Below the pieces are notes generated by a model. It saw nothing but the letters and a program-made list of their open reading frames with translations. It made no database searches and was not told where the DNA came from. The position numbers and the translations under genes are program-made. From positions 190,831 to 254,830 of the forward strand of contig JAPMXV010000012.1 of the NCBI GenBank assembly GCA_026936335.1: a stretch of DNA of 64,000 bases. Reading direction: 5' to 3'. Shown in pieces: positions 32,472 to 42,081 of the stretch; within the stretch, counting starts at the first letter, position 1, and each line of letters begins with the position of its first letter. The DNA comes from Mantamonas sphyraenae STR306. Taxonomy: Eukaryota > Protista > CRuMs.

Positions 32472-34469
32472 TCACTCTGGGTCGAGGCCGCCGCGGCAGG
32501 TGGGGCATTCGAGCTTGATGTCCATCCAGCGTTGGAGACACTCTGCGTGAAAGACATGGTCGCAGCGGGCAATCATCCAGTCTCGCGCTTGGATGTCGAC
32601 GGGAGTCATGCAGATGACACAATCGATGTCCTGGCCTTCGACAAGGAGGTGGTCGGGGATGGGCCGGCGGTAGTTGTACTTTTCCGGGAGGAAGCGGGCG
32701 GGGACAAAGAAGCGGGGGCCAAAGACGTCCTGGAGGTGGAGGAACAATGGCCTGTGCGGCGACCCAGCAGATGAGGGCCCAGCACATGGTGGTGTTTGGT
32801 TCGCCGTGGATCATATTGTCGGCGTAGCCGTAAAAGTAGAGTGGGATGGCGAGGCGGGCGATGGACATGCCGATGATGTAGGAGGAGAGTAGAGGGTGCT
32901 TTGTGTCGCGTGAGGCGGAGCAGTAGATCTGGGGAATCCAGAAGGAGTAGAGGAGGAAAACAAAGAGATAAAAGTGATTGCGGAGTTGAAAGACGAGGAA
33001 AACGCCACCGAGCATGAAGCCGTAGAAGCGCATGTAAAGGGTGCCGAGTTCACGGCGGACACGCGCCCAGCCCTGGTTGAAGCCCGTGGGGTTTCGTGCC
33101 TTCCAGATGGAGAGGAGGTAGCGCATCTCAAAGATGGAAAACTGGACGAGCTTGCAGAAGCCGATGAGGGCAAAGGCGTTGAAGACACTCTCGGAGTAAA
33201 GGCCAAAGGTGAGGTGGATGAGGAGGGAGTATGCGTCGAGGATGGCCTGCTCGCCAACAGTGAGGAGGGAGACCTTGGTGAGCATGCTGGGGGTCTTGCT
33301 GTAGTCCATCTGGCGAATGGTGAGGAGGAGCTCAACAATGGAGGCGACAGCAGCATAGGCGACGTAGGAGAGGGCCTGCTGAGTGTACTCGCGGAGGTCG
33401 ACGGTGGCGCTCTCGAGTTCCATGAGGATGCCACAGTGCTGGCTGGCGACAAAGCCGTGCATGTCAAAGTGAAGGTCGCTTTCGATGTCCCTGAGCTGTT
33501 TGCGGAGGAGGGCACGCTTGTCGTAGGAAAGGCGAGGGGCCTGGAGTTGCTGGCGGAGCTGTTGGAGTTCGCGCTCGGCCTTTTTCATGGACGGGGTCAG
33601 CAGGCCCATCTGGATGGTGAAGCGGAAGAAGCAGGGGTTGTTCTGTGGGTCCTTGGCGATGAGCTCCTGCAGAGCAGAGTCTGCGTTCTTGAGGGCGTCT
33701 TGCTTTGCGAGTTCGCGATTTGTAAGGAGGCCCAAACGCACAGAACGCAGTTGCTCCTCCATCGCAGTCTGGTTGTTGCTGACGTCAAAGGACGGGCGGA
33801 AGGGCTGACGTGTGGCCTGGAACCCGAGGAGCATGAGCTTGCCCGTGGTCCAGAAATAGACGCCACGGAGGTTGAGCTCGAGAAAGTCGTCCGTGCTGTA
33901 CTTGCCGTTTCTGAGGAGCATGCGTCCCTGTGGGAGTTGACGGGTGGGGTGGAGAGGGTGTAAGCACAGGTGGGATGGAGAGGATGGGTGGTGGTGGTGG
34001 GGGGGTGAGGTTGCAAGGGGAGCGAGCTTACGAGGACAAAGTCGGCGTTTTGGACGGGCGACGGAGTGTTCTGGAGGCGGAAGACGAGCTCACCAGCGTC
34101 GCGCTGAAGAACAAAGGAGGAGGCCTGGGTTGAATAGTTTGTCTGGCGATGTTTCCAGGCGCCTGAGGAGCGTGTGTGTGGGGAAGAGAGCGGGCGGCGA
34201 AAAGGTGTGAGCGGTTGTTGGGAAAATGGGGGCGACGGCGGACAGGGTCGGTGGGCGGGGAGGGATGGCGACAAACCTTTGAAGAGGGCGGTGATGTTGC
34301 GGGAGAAGGGTAGTTGTGCCGGGTCGATGTGCTGGGTGATGTTTGGCTGGAGAGTAAGGCGAGGCGGGGTCGGGGCGGAGGGACGTTCCGAGTCTGCCGC
34401 GACCACGGCAAGGATGGAGGGTATGAAGGAGCACAGGAGCAGGGCAATGAGGAGCTTGGCCCTGGTCAT
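32472..34469 (-). CDS. TUL1: Transmembrane RING-H2 E3 ligase of the Tul1/Dsc1/FLY1 family; introns 34163-34276 and 33928-34031; frameshift at ~32745
   Basis: Signal peptide, RQMDYSKTPSMLTKVS, FSIFEMRYL, SFWIPQI, LQDVFGPRFFVP..FLP.KYNY, CVICM...CDHVFHAECLQRWMDIKLECPTCR. Confidence 0.92.
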
Positions 34470-34565
34470 GGAGAATGGGTGACGGGGGGTGGTGTTGGTG
34501 GAGAGGGCGGGGACAGGGCGGGGACAGGGCGCCGGCCGGGGCAAAGCAGGACGGTCGGCTGTGGA

Positions 34566-37500
34566 ATGGGCAACGAGCAGTCGCAAGGAGGAAACGTTGC
34601 AGCTGACGCAGGGAAGGGAGAGGGAATCGGGGTGGAGGACGGGAAGGGCAGGTCCGAGAAGGAGGAGAAAGGAGGAGGCGGAGTCGTGCGGCAAAACTCG
34701 TATGGGATCAAGAGTGTGGGAGGGAGCAAGTATTCGCTGATGGACGGGCAGAGGGAGGCGGGGAACGGGCAGACTGGCCAACAGGGAGGTGAGGAGAGCG
34801 GAGCGAGGGAGCAACGGACGTCGTCGACGGGCAAGGGCAAGGAGGAGGAGATGCAGAATGAGGGAGAAAAGCGGACTGAGAAGGTGGGTGGGGATGTAAA
34901 GGAGGTGAGGAAGGAAGAAGGTGGTGGAGGGAAAGTGGAGCAAGTCGGGGCGGGCGAGGCGAATGCCGGGAAATCCGTTGCAGGGAGCGCGGCGGAGAAG
35001 GAGGACAGCGGGAGCGACAAGGAGAATGATGGAGAGGAGGGGGAGGAGGGAGGTGGTGTGGCACGGGCAGGGGGAGATTCAGGTGAGAGTGCGAGGGAGG
35101 AGGTGGATGTTGTTGCAGTGGAGGTGGAGGAGGAAGGGGAGAAAGAAGAGGAGGAGGAGGTGGAGGAAGATCGGCAAGCGTACTACAGGAAGAGGTTCGA
35201 GCCAGAGGAGGTGAAGCGTGCGGGATATCTGACAAAGGAAAAGACGGGATTGGCGACGACGGGATGGAAGAAGCGGTTCTTTGTGCTGGAGGAGCAACGT
35301 GTGCGAGTGTACAAGTCGAAGATGCTGATGGAGCGAGGGCAAGAGGCAGACGAGGAGTTGGAAGTATGGGAGGCAACGGTGGAGAGTGTGGATGCAAAGG
35401 AGGTGGAGGAGGAGCGTGCGTGGTGTCTGCGTGTACGTCCTGCAAACGGGGCAGAGGCGATGGTGGCGCAGGCGCCGAACGAGTTTGAACAGCGAGAGTG
35501 GATTGCAGCGCTTGAGCGAGCGTCACAGAAGCCAAAGTGGAAGAGAGAACAAGAGGCAAACATGGAAAAGATGGCAAGGGTGATACAGGGGGCGTTCTAC
35601 GCGTGGCAGGCGCGGCGGAAGATGCGTTTGCGGCAGATTGCATTGGAAGAGATGCGAAAGGCAAACACCAAGCGGGTGCGTATGGCAGTGCACATCCAGC
35701 GGATGTTTCGTGGATTCAAGGCGCGGCAGCGTGCGCGGGAGCTGAGGCGGGAAGCAGCAGCCAAAGCGCGGTTTGAAAAGATGCTTCGGGAGCGAGAGGC
35801 GGCAATTCGGCGAGCGGAGGAGGCGAATCGTGTGAAGCGGGCGCAGATTGCAAAGGATACACCACCACCTCCTCCTGTGCCGTCCGAAGAGGGCGAAGAG
35901 TGGATGTGGCCGCTGCGCAAGCCAACGTTTGTTCTGACGGGCATTGAGCAGAAGAAGAGGGGCCAGAAGGATGAGGAAGAGGAAGAGGACATGCGGCGAA
36001 GGATTGCAGCTGCACACGCAGAGGCACTGAGCAGGAGTGCAGCTGTGCAGATGGCGTCGCTGGACTTGCCGCAGCCAGAATTGATTCGAACGGAACGGCC
36101 ACTGACGGCAGAGCTGGACCGAGGTCGGCGGGTGAGGGAAGAAAGGGTGGTTGTGGCAGAGGAGGAGGAGGTGGAGGAGGAGGACAAGGCAAAGAAGCGG
36201 CGGAAGAAGAAGAAGCGAAAGAGGAAGAAGCGAAAGAACGTGCGGGAGCGGCCTGTGACGGCACATCTGGCAGAACGGGAGAAACGATGGCTTGAGAGAG
36301 ACATGGCATTGATATCTGCGAGCCGTGGCGGGAGCCCACGTGCGCAGAGTGCACGTGTAGGGGCGGGCAAGAGAGAGTGGAGCGCAGGGGGGGATTCGAC
36401 ATCGCTGCAGCTGTTGTTGATGGATGAGGGGGACGAAGATGAGGAGGAGGAGCTTTTGTTTAGTCGGGTGGAGGAGGAGGAGGAGGAGGAGGTTGCGCGG
36501 GTGAATGCGAGGAGGGCGAAGCCACCAGCTGGGAGGGCGAGGCCGGGGACTGCGATGGGGATGGGGATGGGTATGGGGAGGGTGAGGCCGGGGACGGCGA
36601 TGGCGGGGGAGAGGCGGAGGCCCGTGACGGCAAGCGAAAGGAGCGCGTCGGGAGTGTTCCGCAGGTATGTGGATGTGGAGACAAAGAAAAAAGTGAGGAG
36701 GCCGAGCACGGGAGTCTCGGTGGCCGAAACTCTGAGTGCGGAACTGCACGAAAAGTTGAGTCGAGATGCTATCGCAAGGCCGCACCGTCCGGCGACAGGG
36801 AGCGGACGGAGAGGCGAGCGAGGTGCCGGGGGTCCGAGGAGGAGGAGACCGGTGACCACGGGTGGGGAGAGGTTCGTGGAGCAGCAGGCACGCACGACCG
36901 AGGCGTTTCGGAGGAGGCAGTCAGAGGCGCTGGAACAAAGGCGGGCGGCGAGGGAGGAGATTGAAGAGGTGGAACGTCTGAACGAGAGTGTGAATGTGCA
37001 TCGACAGCACTTTCTGTCGTATCTGATGGGCATCAAGACGGGCAAGTCGATGGAAGTGCTGCGCGGGGAGGCGCCCGGGACACTGCTGGACACAGAGTCG
37101 AGGTCGCGTGCGAGTGCGTACGGGATGAGGATGAGCGAGTATAGGCGGGCATATGAAGAGGTGCGTGAAAAGACGCAGGCGCAGGTGTTTACGCGAGCAG
37201 GTGGGCAAGATCGGGTGGATCGCGGGAGTGAGACACCGTTTTTCGTGGATGCAAGGGAGTTTGGAGCGACACATGATGTCGGGGTGCAGGAGGAGGAGGA
37301 TGGGCCGATGGATTTGTTCTCTGGCGTGCAGATTTTTGGGTTGAGGGATTTGGAGGAGGCGGAGAGGGAGAAGGAGCGGCGGGCGAAGGAACGGGAGATT
37401 GCAGAGAGGAAAAGGGAGAGATTGGCGAAGGAAAGGGAGAGGGAGAGGGAAAAGAGGGAGAAGAGGGAGATGGAGGAGGCGGAGGATCATCATCACAATG

Positions 37501-37955
37501 ATCAGGTGGAGTTTGGAGAGGTGGAGATGAGCGAGGTGAGCGAGTTGGAGAGTCCTCATGTGGTGGAAGAGGGAGAGGATGGTGGGGATGATGGGTTGGA
37601 GGTCGTTGTTGAGGAGGAGGAGCAAGGGGAGGTGGAGAACGGGGAGGAGGAGGTTGGGGAAGGAGTAGAGGAAGAGGTGGAGGAGGTTGGGGAGGATGGT
37701 GAGGAGGAGGTGGTGGTTGGGGAGGATGGTGAGGAGGAGGCAGTGGAGGAGGAGGAGGAGGCAGAGGAGGATGGTGAGGAGGAGGTGGTGGTGGTTGGGG
37801 AGGATGGTGAGGAGGAGGTGGTGGAGGTTGGGGAGGATGCAGAGGAGGAGGCAGAGGTGGTTGAGGGAGCTGTGGAGGGAGAAGAAGAAGAGGTTGCTCA
37901 GCCGATGGCGGTGGAGATGGAGCTGAGCGACAGTGAGAGCGACAAAGAGGAATGA
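34566..37955 (+). CDS. Probably N-myristoylated PH-domain protein with two IQ motifs, RPxT repeats and an acidic tail
   Basis: MGNEQS start. PH domain KRAGYLTKE...WKKRFFVL...EQREWIAAL. IQ motifs IQGAFYAWQARR and IQRMFRGFKARQ. Glu-rich repeats at 37590-37900. Confidence 0.85.
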   Translation: MGNEQSQGGNVAADAGKGEGIGVEDGKGRSEKEEKGGGGVVRQNSYGIKSVGGSKYSLMDGQREAGNGQTGQQGGEESGAREQRTSSTGKGKEEEMQNEGEKRTEKVGGDVKEVRKEEGGGGKVEQVGAGEANAGKSVAGSAAEKEDSGSDKENDGEEGEEGGGVARAGGDSGESAREEVDVVAVEVEEEGEKEEEEEVEEDRQAYYRKRFEPEEVKRAGYLTKEKTGLATTGWKKRFFVLEEQRVRVYKSKMLMERGQEADEELEVWEATVESVDAKEVEEERAWCLRVRPANGAEAMVAQAPNEFEQREWIAALERASQKPKWKREQEANMEKMARVIQGAFYAWQARRKMRLRQIALEEMRKANTKRVRMAVHIQRMFRGFKARQRARELRREAAAKARFEKMLREREAAIRRAEEANRVKRAQIAKDTPPPPPVPSEEGEEWMWPLRKPTFVLTGIEQKKRGQKDEEEEEDMRRRIAAAHAEALSRSAAVQMASLDLPQPELIRTERPLTAELDRGRRVREERVVVAEEEEVEEEDKAKKRRKKKKRKRKKRKNVRERPVTAHLAEREKRWLERDMALISASRGGSPRAQSARVGAGKREWSAGGDSTSLQLLLMDEGDEDEEEELLFSRVEEEEEEEVARVNARRAKPPAGRARPGTAMGMGMGMGRVRPGTAMAGERRRPVTASERSASGVFRRYVDVETKKKVRRPSTGVSVAETLSAELHEKLSRDAIARPHRPATGSGRRGERGAGGPRRRRPVTTGGERFVEQQARTTEAFRRRQSEALEQRRAAREEIEEVERLNESVNVHRQHFLSYLMGIKTGKSMEVLRGEAPGTLLDTESRSRASAYGMRMSEYRRAYEEVREKTQAQVFTRAGGQDRVDRGSETPFFVDAREFGATHDVGVQEEEDGPMDLFSGVQIFGLRDLEEAEREKERRAKEREIAERKRERLAKEREREREKREKREMEEAEDHHHNDQVEFGEVEMSEVSELESPHVVEEGEDGGDDGLEVVVEEEEQGEVENGEEEVGEGVEEEVEEVGEDGEEEVVVGEDGEEEAVEEEEEAEEDGEEEVVVVGEDGEEEVVEVGEDAEEEAEVVEGAVEGEEEEVAQPMAVEMELSDSESDKEE

Positions 37956-38014
37956 AAAGCCACGCGCAAACGAGCAAACGCAAAAAGAACAAGGAGAAGA
38001 GAGAGAGGAGCGGA

Positions 38015-39238
38015 ATGCTTGCGTTTGTGTGGAATCTGCTCACAAAGCGCACACACATTGTGTACTTTGCAGTGGCGGTGTGGGTGCTGGACGCGGTGCT
38101 GGGCGGGCTGATTGTGCTCAAGGTGCCGTACACGGAAATCGACTGGGTGGCGTACATGCAGGAGGTGGAGGGCCCCATGGTGCATGGAGACTGGGACTAC
38201 ATGCATTTGGAAGGAGACACGGGTCCGCTGGTGTATCCAGCCGGGTTTGTGTGGCTTTACAGCGTGCTGTGGTGGGTGACGGACAAGGGAGCAGACATTG
38301 CGCGCGCGCAGTGGATCTTTCTGGGCCTGTATCTGCTCAATCTGGCGCTGGTGATGTACGTGTATGTGCGCGCAACAAAGATGGCGCCGTGGACGCTGCT
38401 GCTACTCGTGGTGAGCAAGCGGCTGCACTCGATCTTCATGCTGCGGCTTTTCAACGACGGCATCGCAATGCTGCTGATGTATGCGGCGGTGGCGCTGTTT
38501 GTGAACCGGCGGTGGGTGTGGGGCTGTCTTGTGTACTCATTGGGTGTGAGCATCAAGATGAACGTGCTGCTGCCGAGCATCGCGATTTTGGCGCTGATGC
38601 TCAAGAGCCACGGTTGGGTGCGGACGGCGGGTCTGCTGAGCGTGTGTGCTGCAGTGCAGGTCGTGCTGGCCGTGCCGTTCCTGCAGACGAATGCGTACGG
38701 GTATCTGCTGCGCAGCTTTGAACTGGGCCGCGTGTTCAAGTTCAAGTGGACGGTGAACTTCAAGTTCCTTGCCGAGGACGTGTTTGTGTCGAAACAGCTC
38801 GCAGTAGGCCTATTGGCTGCGCACGTGCTCGTCCTCCTGCTCTTCTGGGTGTTCCGCTGGCGTGTGAGCGTGCGCGACGGCGGCAAGCCCGTGCGGCAGC
38901 CCGCCGCCGCACACCTCGTGCGTCTGGTGTTTGTGGGCAACTTTGTGGGCGTCGCGTTTGCACGGTCGCTGCACTACCAATTCTACTCGTGGTACGTGCA
39001 CACGCTGCCACTGCTGCTCTGGGCCACGCCGTACCCTGTGATTGTGCGGCTGATCGTGCTCGGTGCCATCGAGGTGGCCTTTAACGTGTACCCGGCGACG
39101 GCGTGGTCGTCTGCACTGCTGCAAGCAGCACACGCCGTGCTGCTTGTGGGCCTGTGGTTTGCCGCGCCAGAGCAGGCGCAGTTTGAGGACGAGATTGTCG
39201 AAGCGGGCAACACGCCCAAGAAGGACAAGAAGGCATGA
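38015..39238 (+). CDS. ALG3: Dol-P-Man:Man5GlcNAc2-PP-Dol alpha-1,3-mannosyltransferase
   Basis: VPYTEIDWVAYMQEV, GDTGPLVYPAG, SKRLHSIFMLRLFND, SIKMNVLL, WTVNFKF, ARSLHYQFYSWY, and a C-terminal di-lysine ER signal. Confidence 0.98.
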   Translation: MLAFVWNLLTKRTHIVYFAVAVWVLDAVLGGLIVLKVPYTEIDWVAYMQEVEGPMVHGDWDYMHLEGDTGPLVYPAGFVWLYSVLWWVTDKGADIARAQWIFLGLYLLNLALVMYVYVRATKMAPWTLLLLVVSKRLHSIFMLRLFNDGIAMLLMYAAVALFVNRRWVWGCLVYSLGVSIKMNVLLPSIAILALMLKSHGWVRTAGLLSVCAAVQVVLAVPFLQTNAYGYLLRSFELGRVFKFKWTVNFKFLAEDVFVSKQLAVGLLAAHVLVLLLFWVFRWRVSVRDGGKPVRQPAAAHLVRLVFVGNFVGVAFARSLHYQFYSWYVHTLPLLLWATPYPVIVRLIVLGAIEVAFNVYPATAWSSALLQAAHAVLLVGLWFAAPEQAQFEDEIVEAGNTPKKDKKA

Positions 39239-39336
39239 TGGGAATATGTTTCTTGCTGAATGGGCGCACAGAGAGGGTTCGAGGAGGGAGGCACCCACGC
39301 AGAATGAAGCAAGGATCCTGTGCGACGGCGTTGGCA

Positions 39337-42027
39337 ATGGATCTGGCAAGCGTGGAGCAGCTCGACCTGCGCAGCGACCTGGGGGAGCTGCTGCAAGTGC
39401 TGGCGCACGACCGCAACGAGCTGCTGAAGCTGAGATTGCTCGTGCAGCTGCAGTCGCGTGCTGGGGATCTCGGGGACGTGGACGAGGTGCTGCAGGCGCT
39501 GCAAAGCCTGTTGACGCAGGAGGGCTCCGTCCCACTTTCGCAGCACTTTCGCTCGCAGGTTGTGGTCACGATCACGTGTCTGCTCGTCGAACTCGATCTG
39601 GCCACACAGGAACACTACTTTGACTTTTTCAGCGAGTTTGTGGCACTGCTGCTGTCTGTGGCGGCAAACGAGTCGAAGCAGGACGCATCGGTAAACCGGA
39701 TGCTACGCTCGACGGCATGCAACTGCCTGCAGGAGCTGGAAATGGCATACCCACGTGCGCTGCTTTCATCGTTGACGGCCGTGCTGGCGTTGATGCAGCA
39801 GGAGGACACACACGCGTATCAGGCGTATCTGTTGCTGCTGTCCACGCTGATTCCTCACGCCGTGCCGGCCGAGAACCCGAGCGAGGGAATCACAAGGCTT
39901 TCAGAAAGCGCACGGGAGAGCGCAGAGGCGCTTCAGTCGCATGGAGCCTTTGTGGAGCTGCAGAGCAAGGCAGGGACGGTGGTGGAGGAGGCAAACGAAG
40001 GACTGCGGGCAGACGTGCGCAAGTACGTGACGCTGCTGGCGCAGACACACAGCCGATTGACACCGTACGGCATCCTGGAAGTTGTAGGGCAGCTGCTGCG
40101 CGCACTGGCTCTTGTTGGGGAGCTGGAGGACGGAGTGGAGCCGCTGGTGGAGCACTTGGGCCCGTATCTGTACAGCAGCTCGCCCGTGCTGTGCCATGTA
40201 GTGCTGCTGCTGCCCAGTGCGAGTATGGACAGCAGCACGCGGATGGCTGTTGCGCAGCGGCTCTTCCATGTGATCAACGATCGGCACAGCGCGGCTCACG
40301 TGCGGCAACTGGCCCTGGACTGGGTGACGCGCTCGCAACAGCTGGACATTGGGCCGCGCGACTTTGCACAGCTGTACCCGAGGGTGTTTGACACGCCTGC
40401 GCTAAAGTACGCCAAACTGATGGCGCTAGTGGAACGCGTGCGCGGGTACGTGCTGCCGTCCGGGTTCCTGCGTGTGCTGCAGTGCGTGGCGGGCGTGGAG
40501 CGGCACCGGAGCAGCAGCGAGGCCGTGCTCGTGGTTTTTGAGTTTGTACGGCGTGTGCTGCGCGATTTTGAAGAGCACCGAGGGGCCGCCGTGGCATATG
40601 TGCGGCGGCTGGTGGTCAAGGCGCCGCAGTTGCACGCAAACGTGGTTGCGTTGTTGCAGGCACTCACAGGCGACGGGGCAGACGAGGCGGCAGAGGCGTT
40701 GCGCAGTTCGCTGTGTGACCTGCTGGCAAGCATTCCGGCACGGTCGTTTGGCCAGCACGTGCAGCTTGCGCAGTACCTCATTGTTCACACGCGCAGTGTC
40801 AGGCCCGGTGTGTTGCTCACGGCGACGTCTGACCATCTGGCGTGCTTGGACGTGCTGATGGAGGGGGACTGGGCACACGGAAACCAGGTGCTGGAAATTG
40901 CGCGGCAGGTGATGCTGGCAGAGGGGTCGTCACAGGTGTTTGGCCAGCTGCGAGAGATGTTGGAGTTTTGCGCGTCGCGGTACAACAACCTGGCGGTACG
41001 GGATCGTGCGCAGTTCTACCTGATGCTGCTGACGCACGTACCGCAAGACAAGTTGAAGCATGTGGTGCAGATGGACGAACTGGAGCAGGAAGAACTGCTT
41101 GTGGCGCCGGGAAGGTCGACCGAGTCGCATCTGCTGCAAATCACAAACGTGAAGCCGTTCCTGACGCTGCGGCGCCTGGACACAGTACCAGAGGCACAGG
41201 AGGCAGAAGCAAGTGGGTCGGGCCCGACGAGCGCGTCGGTGTTCAAGGTGTACCAGAGGCATCTGCACGACAGCAAAACGGTTGCGCCGCCGATTCAAGT
41301 GCACTACCAGCTCATGTACACAGAGACACTGCTGATCAAGCGCAGCATGAGCAGCTACCCGTCGCAGGTGTTCTCGCTGCGGCTGCACGTGGGCGGGCAC
41401 GCGCAGTACGCCGAGGTGGAGGAGATCGAGGTGCCGCACCTGCAGCAAATGACGAGCGGGGCGCTGAACGAGCTGCGCTTTCCGTATGTTTACCGCGTGT
41501 GCCTCGCGTTGCGTCCTTTGGAGCCCGTGCCGGCGACGTTTGACGTGCGGGTGCTGTTCAACGACGCAGAGGGGCGGACGTTCACCAGCTGGTTGGCGCC
41601 GCTGGAGCTGCAGTTTGCAGACCTGTTTCTGCCTGTGAGCATCCCGCCGGGGGCGGCGGGAGTGGAACGGCCTGTGTTTTTGCGGGAGGTGTTTGACGAG
41701 CTGTGGGTGCGCGTGGCCGGCTCGTCGAGCAGCGGGAGTGGCGTGCGCACGGTGAAGCACCTGGACGTCGGGGCGCAGTTTCTGGAGCGTGTGCTGGACG
41801 ACACGCTGGCACACTTTGAAGTGGAGGCTGGGGATCAAGCAAGCGCGCTGGAGGCGGAAGACGAGGAGGGTGGCCATGTGCGGTGCTTCCTGATGCTGCT
41901 GCCACCGCGGTCGCACCTGCTGGTCAAGTGCGTCGGGTACGAGACGCACTGTGTGGTGCGAATGCGCACGGACGACTGGCGAGTGATCCAGTTTGTGGAC
42001 GAGTGGCTGGATGGCCTGGTTGGTTGA
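39337..42027 (+). CDS. AP5B1: AP-5 complex subunit beta-1
   Basis: LRSTACNCLQELEMAYP, W..GNQVL, RDRAQFYLMLLTHVP..KL, LLPPRSHLL, RTDDW. Confidence 0.85.
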   Translation: MDLASVEQLDLRSDLGELLQVLAHDRNELLKLRLLVQLQSRAGDLGDVDEVLQALQSLLTQEGSVPLSQHFRSQVVVTITCLLVELDLATQEHYFDFFSEFVALLLSVAANESKQDASVNRMLRSTACNCLQELEMAYPRALLSSLTAVLALMQQEDTHAYQAYLLLLSTLIPHAVPAENPSEGITRLSESARESAEALQSHGAFVELQSKAGTVVEEANEGLRADVRKYVTLLAQTHSRLTPYGILEVVGQLLRALALVGELEDGVEPLVEHLGPYLYSSSPVLCHVVLLLPSASMDSSTRMAVAQRLFHVINDRHSAAHVRQLALDWVTRSQQLDIGPRDFAQLYPRVFDTPALKYAKLMALVERVRGYVLPSGFLRVLQCVAGVERHRSSSEAVLVVFEFVRRVLRDFEEHRGAAVAYVRRLVVKAPQLHANVVALLQALTGDGADEAAEALRSSLCDLLASIPARSFGQHVQLAQYLIVHTRSVRPGVLLTATSDHLACLDVLMEGDWAHGNQVLEIARQVMLAEGSSQVFGQLREMLEFCASRYNNLAVRDRAQFYLMLLTHVPQDKLKHVVQMDELEQEELLVAPGRSTESHLLQITNVKPFLTLRRLDTVPEAQEAEASGSGPTSASVFKVYQRHLHDSKTVAPPIQVHYQLMYTETLLIKRSMSSYPSQVFSLRLHVGGHAQYAEVEEIEVPHLQQMTSGALNELRFPYVYRVCLALRPLEPVPATFDVRVLFNDAEGRTFTSWLAPLELQFADLFLPVSIPPGAAGVERPVFLREVFDELWVRVAGSSSSGSGVRTVKHLDVGAQFLERVLDDTLAHFEVEAGDQASALEAEDEEGGHVRCFLMLLPPRSHLLVKCVGYETHCVVRMRTDDWRVIQFVDEWLDGLVG

Positions 42028-42081
42028 TGAGGGCGGGTGACGCGCGCACTGGGGCAGGCAAGCGAAACCGTCCAGACGAAA

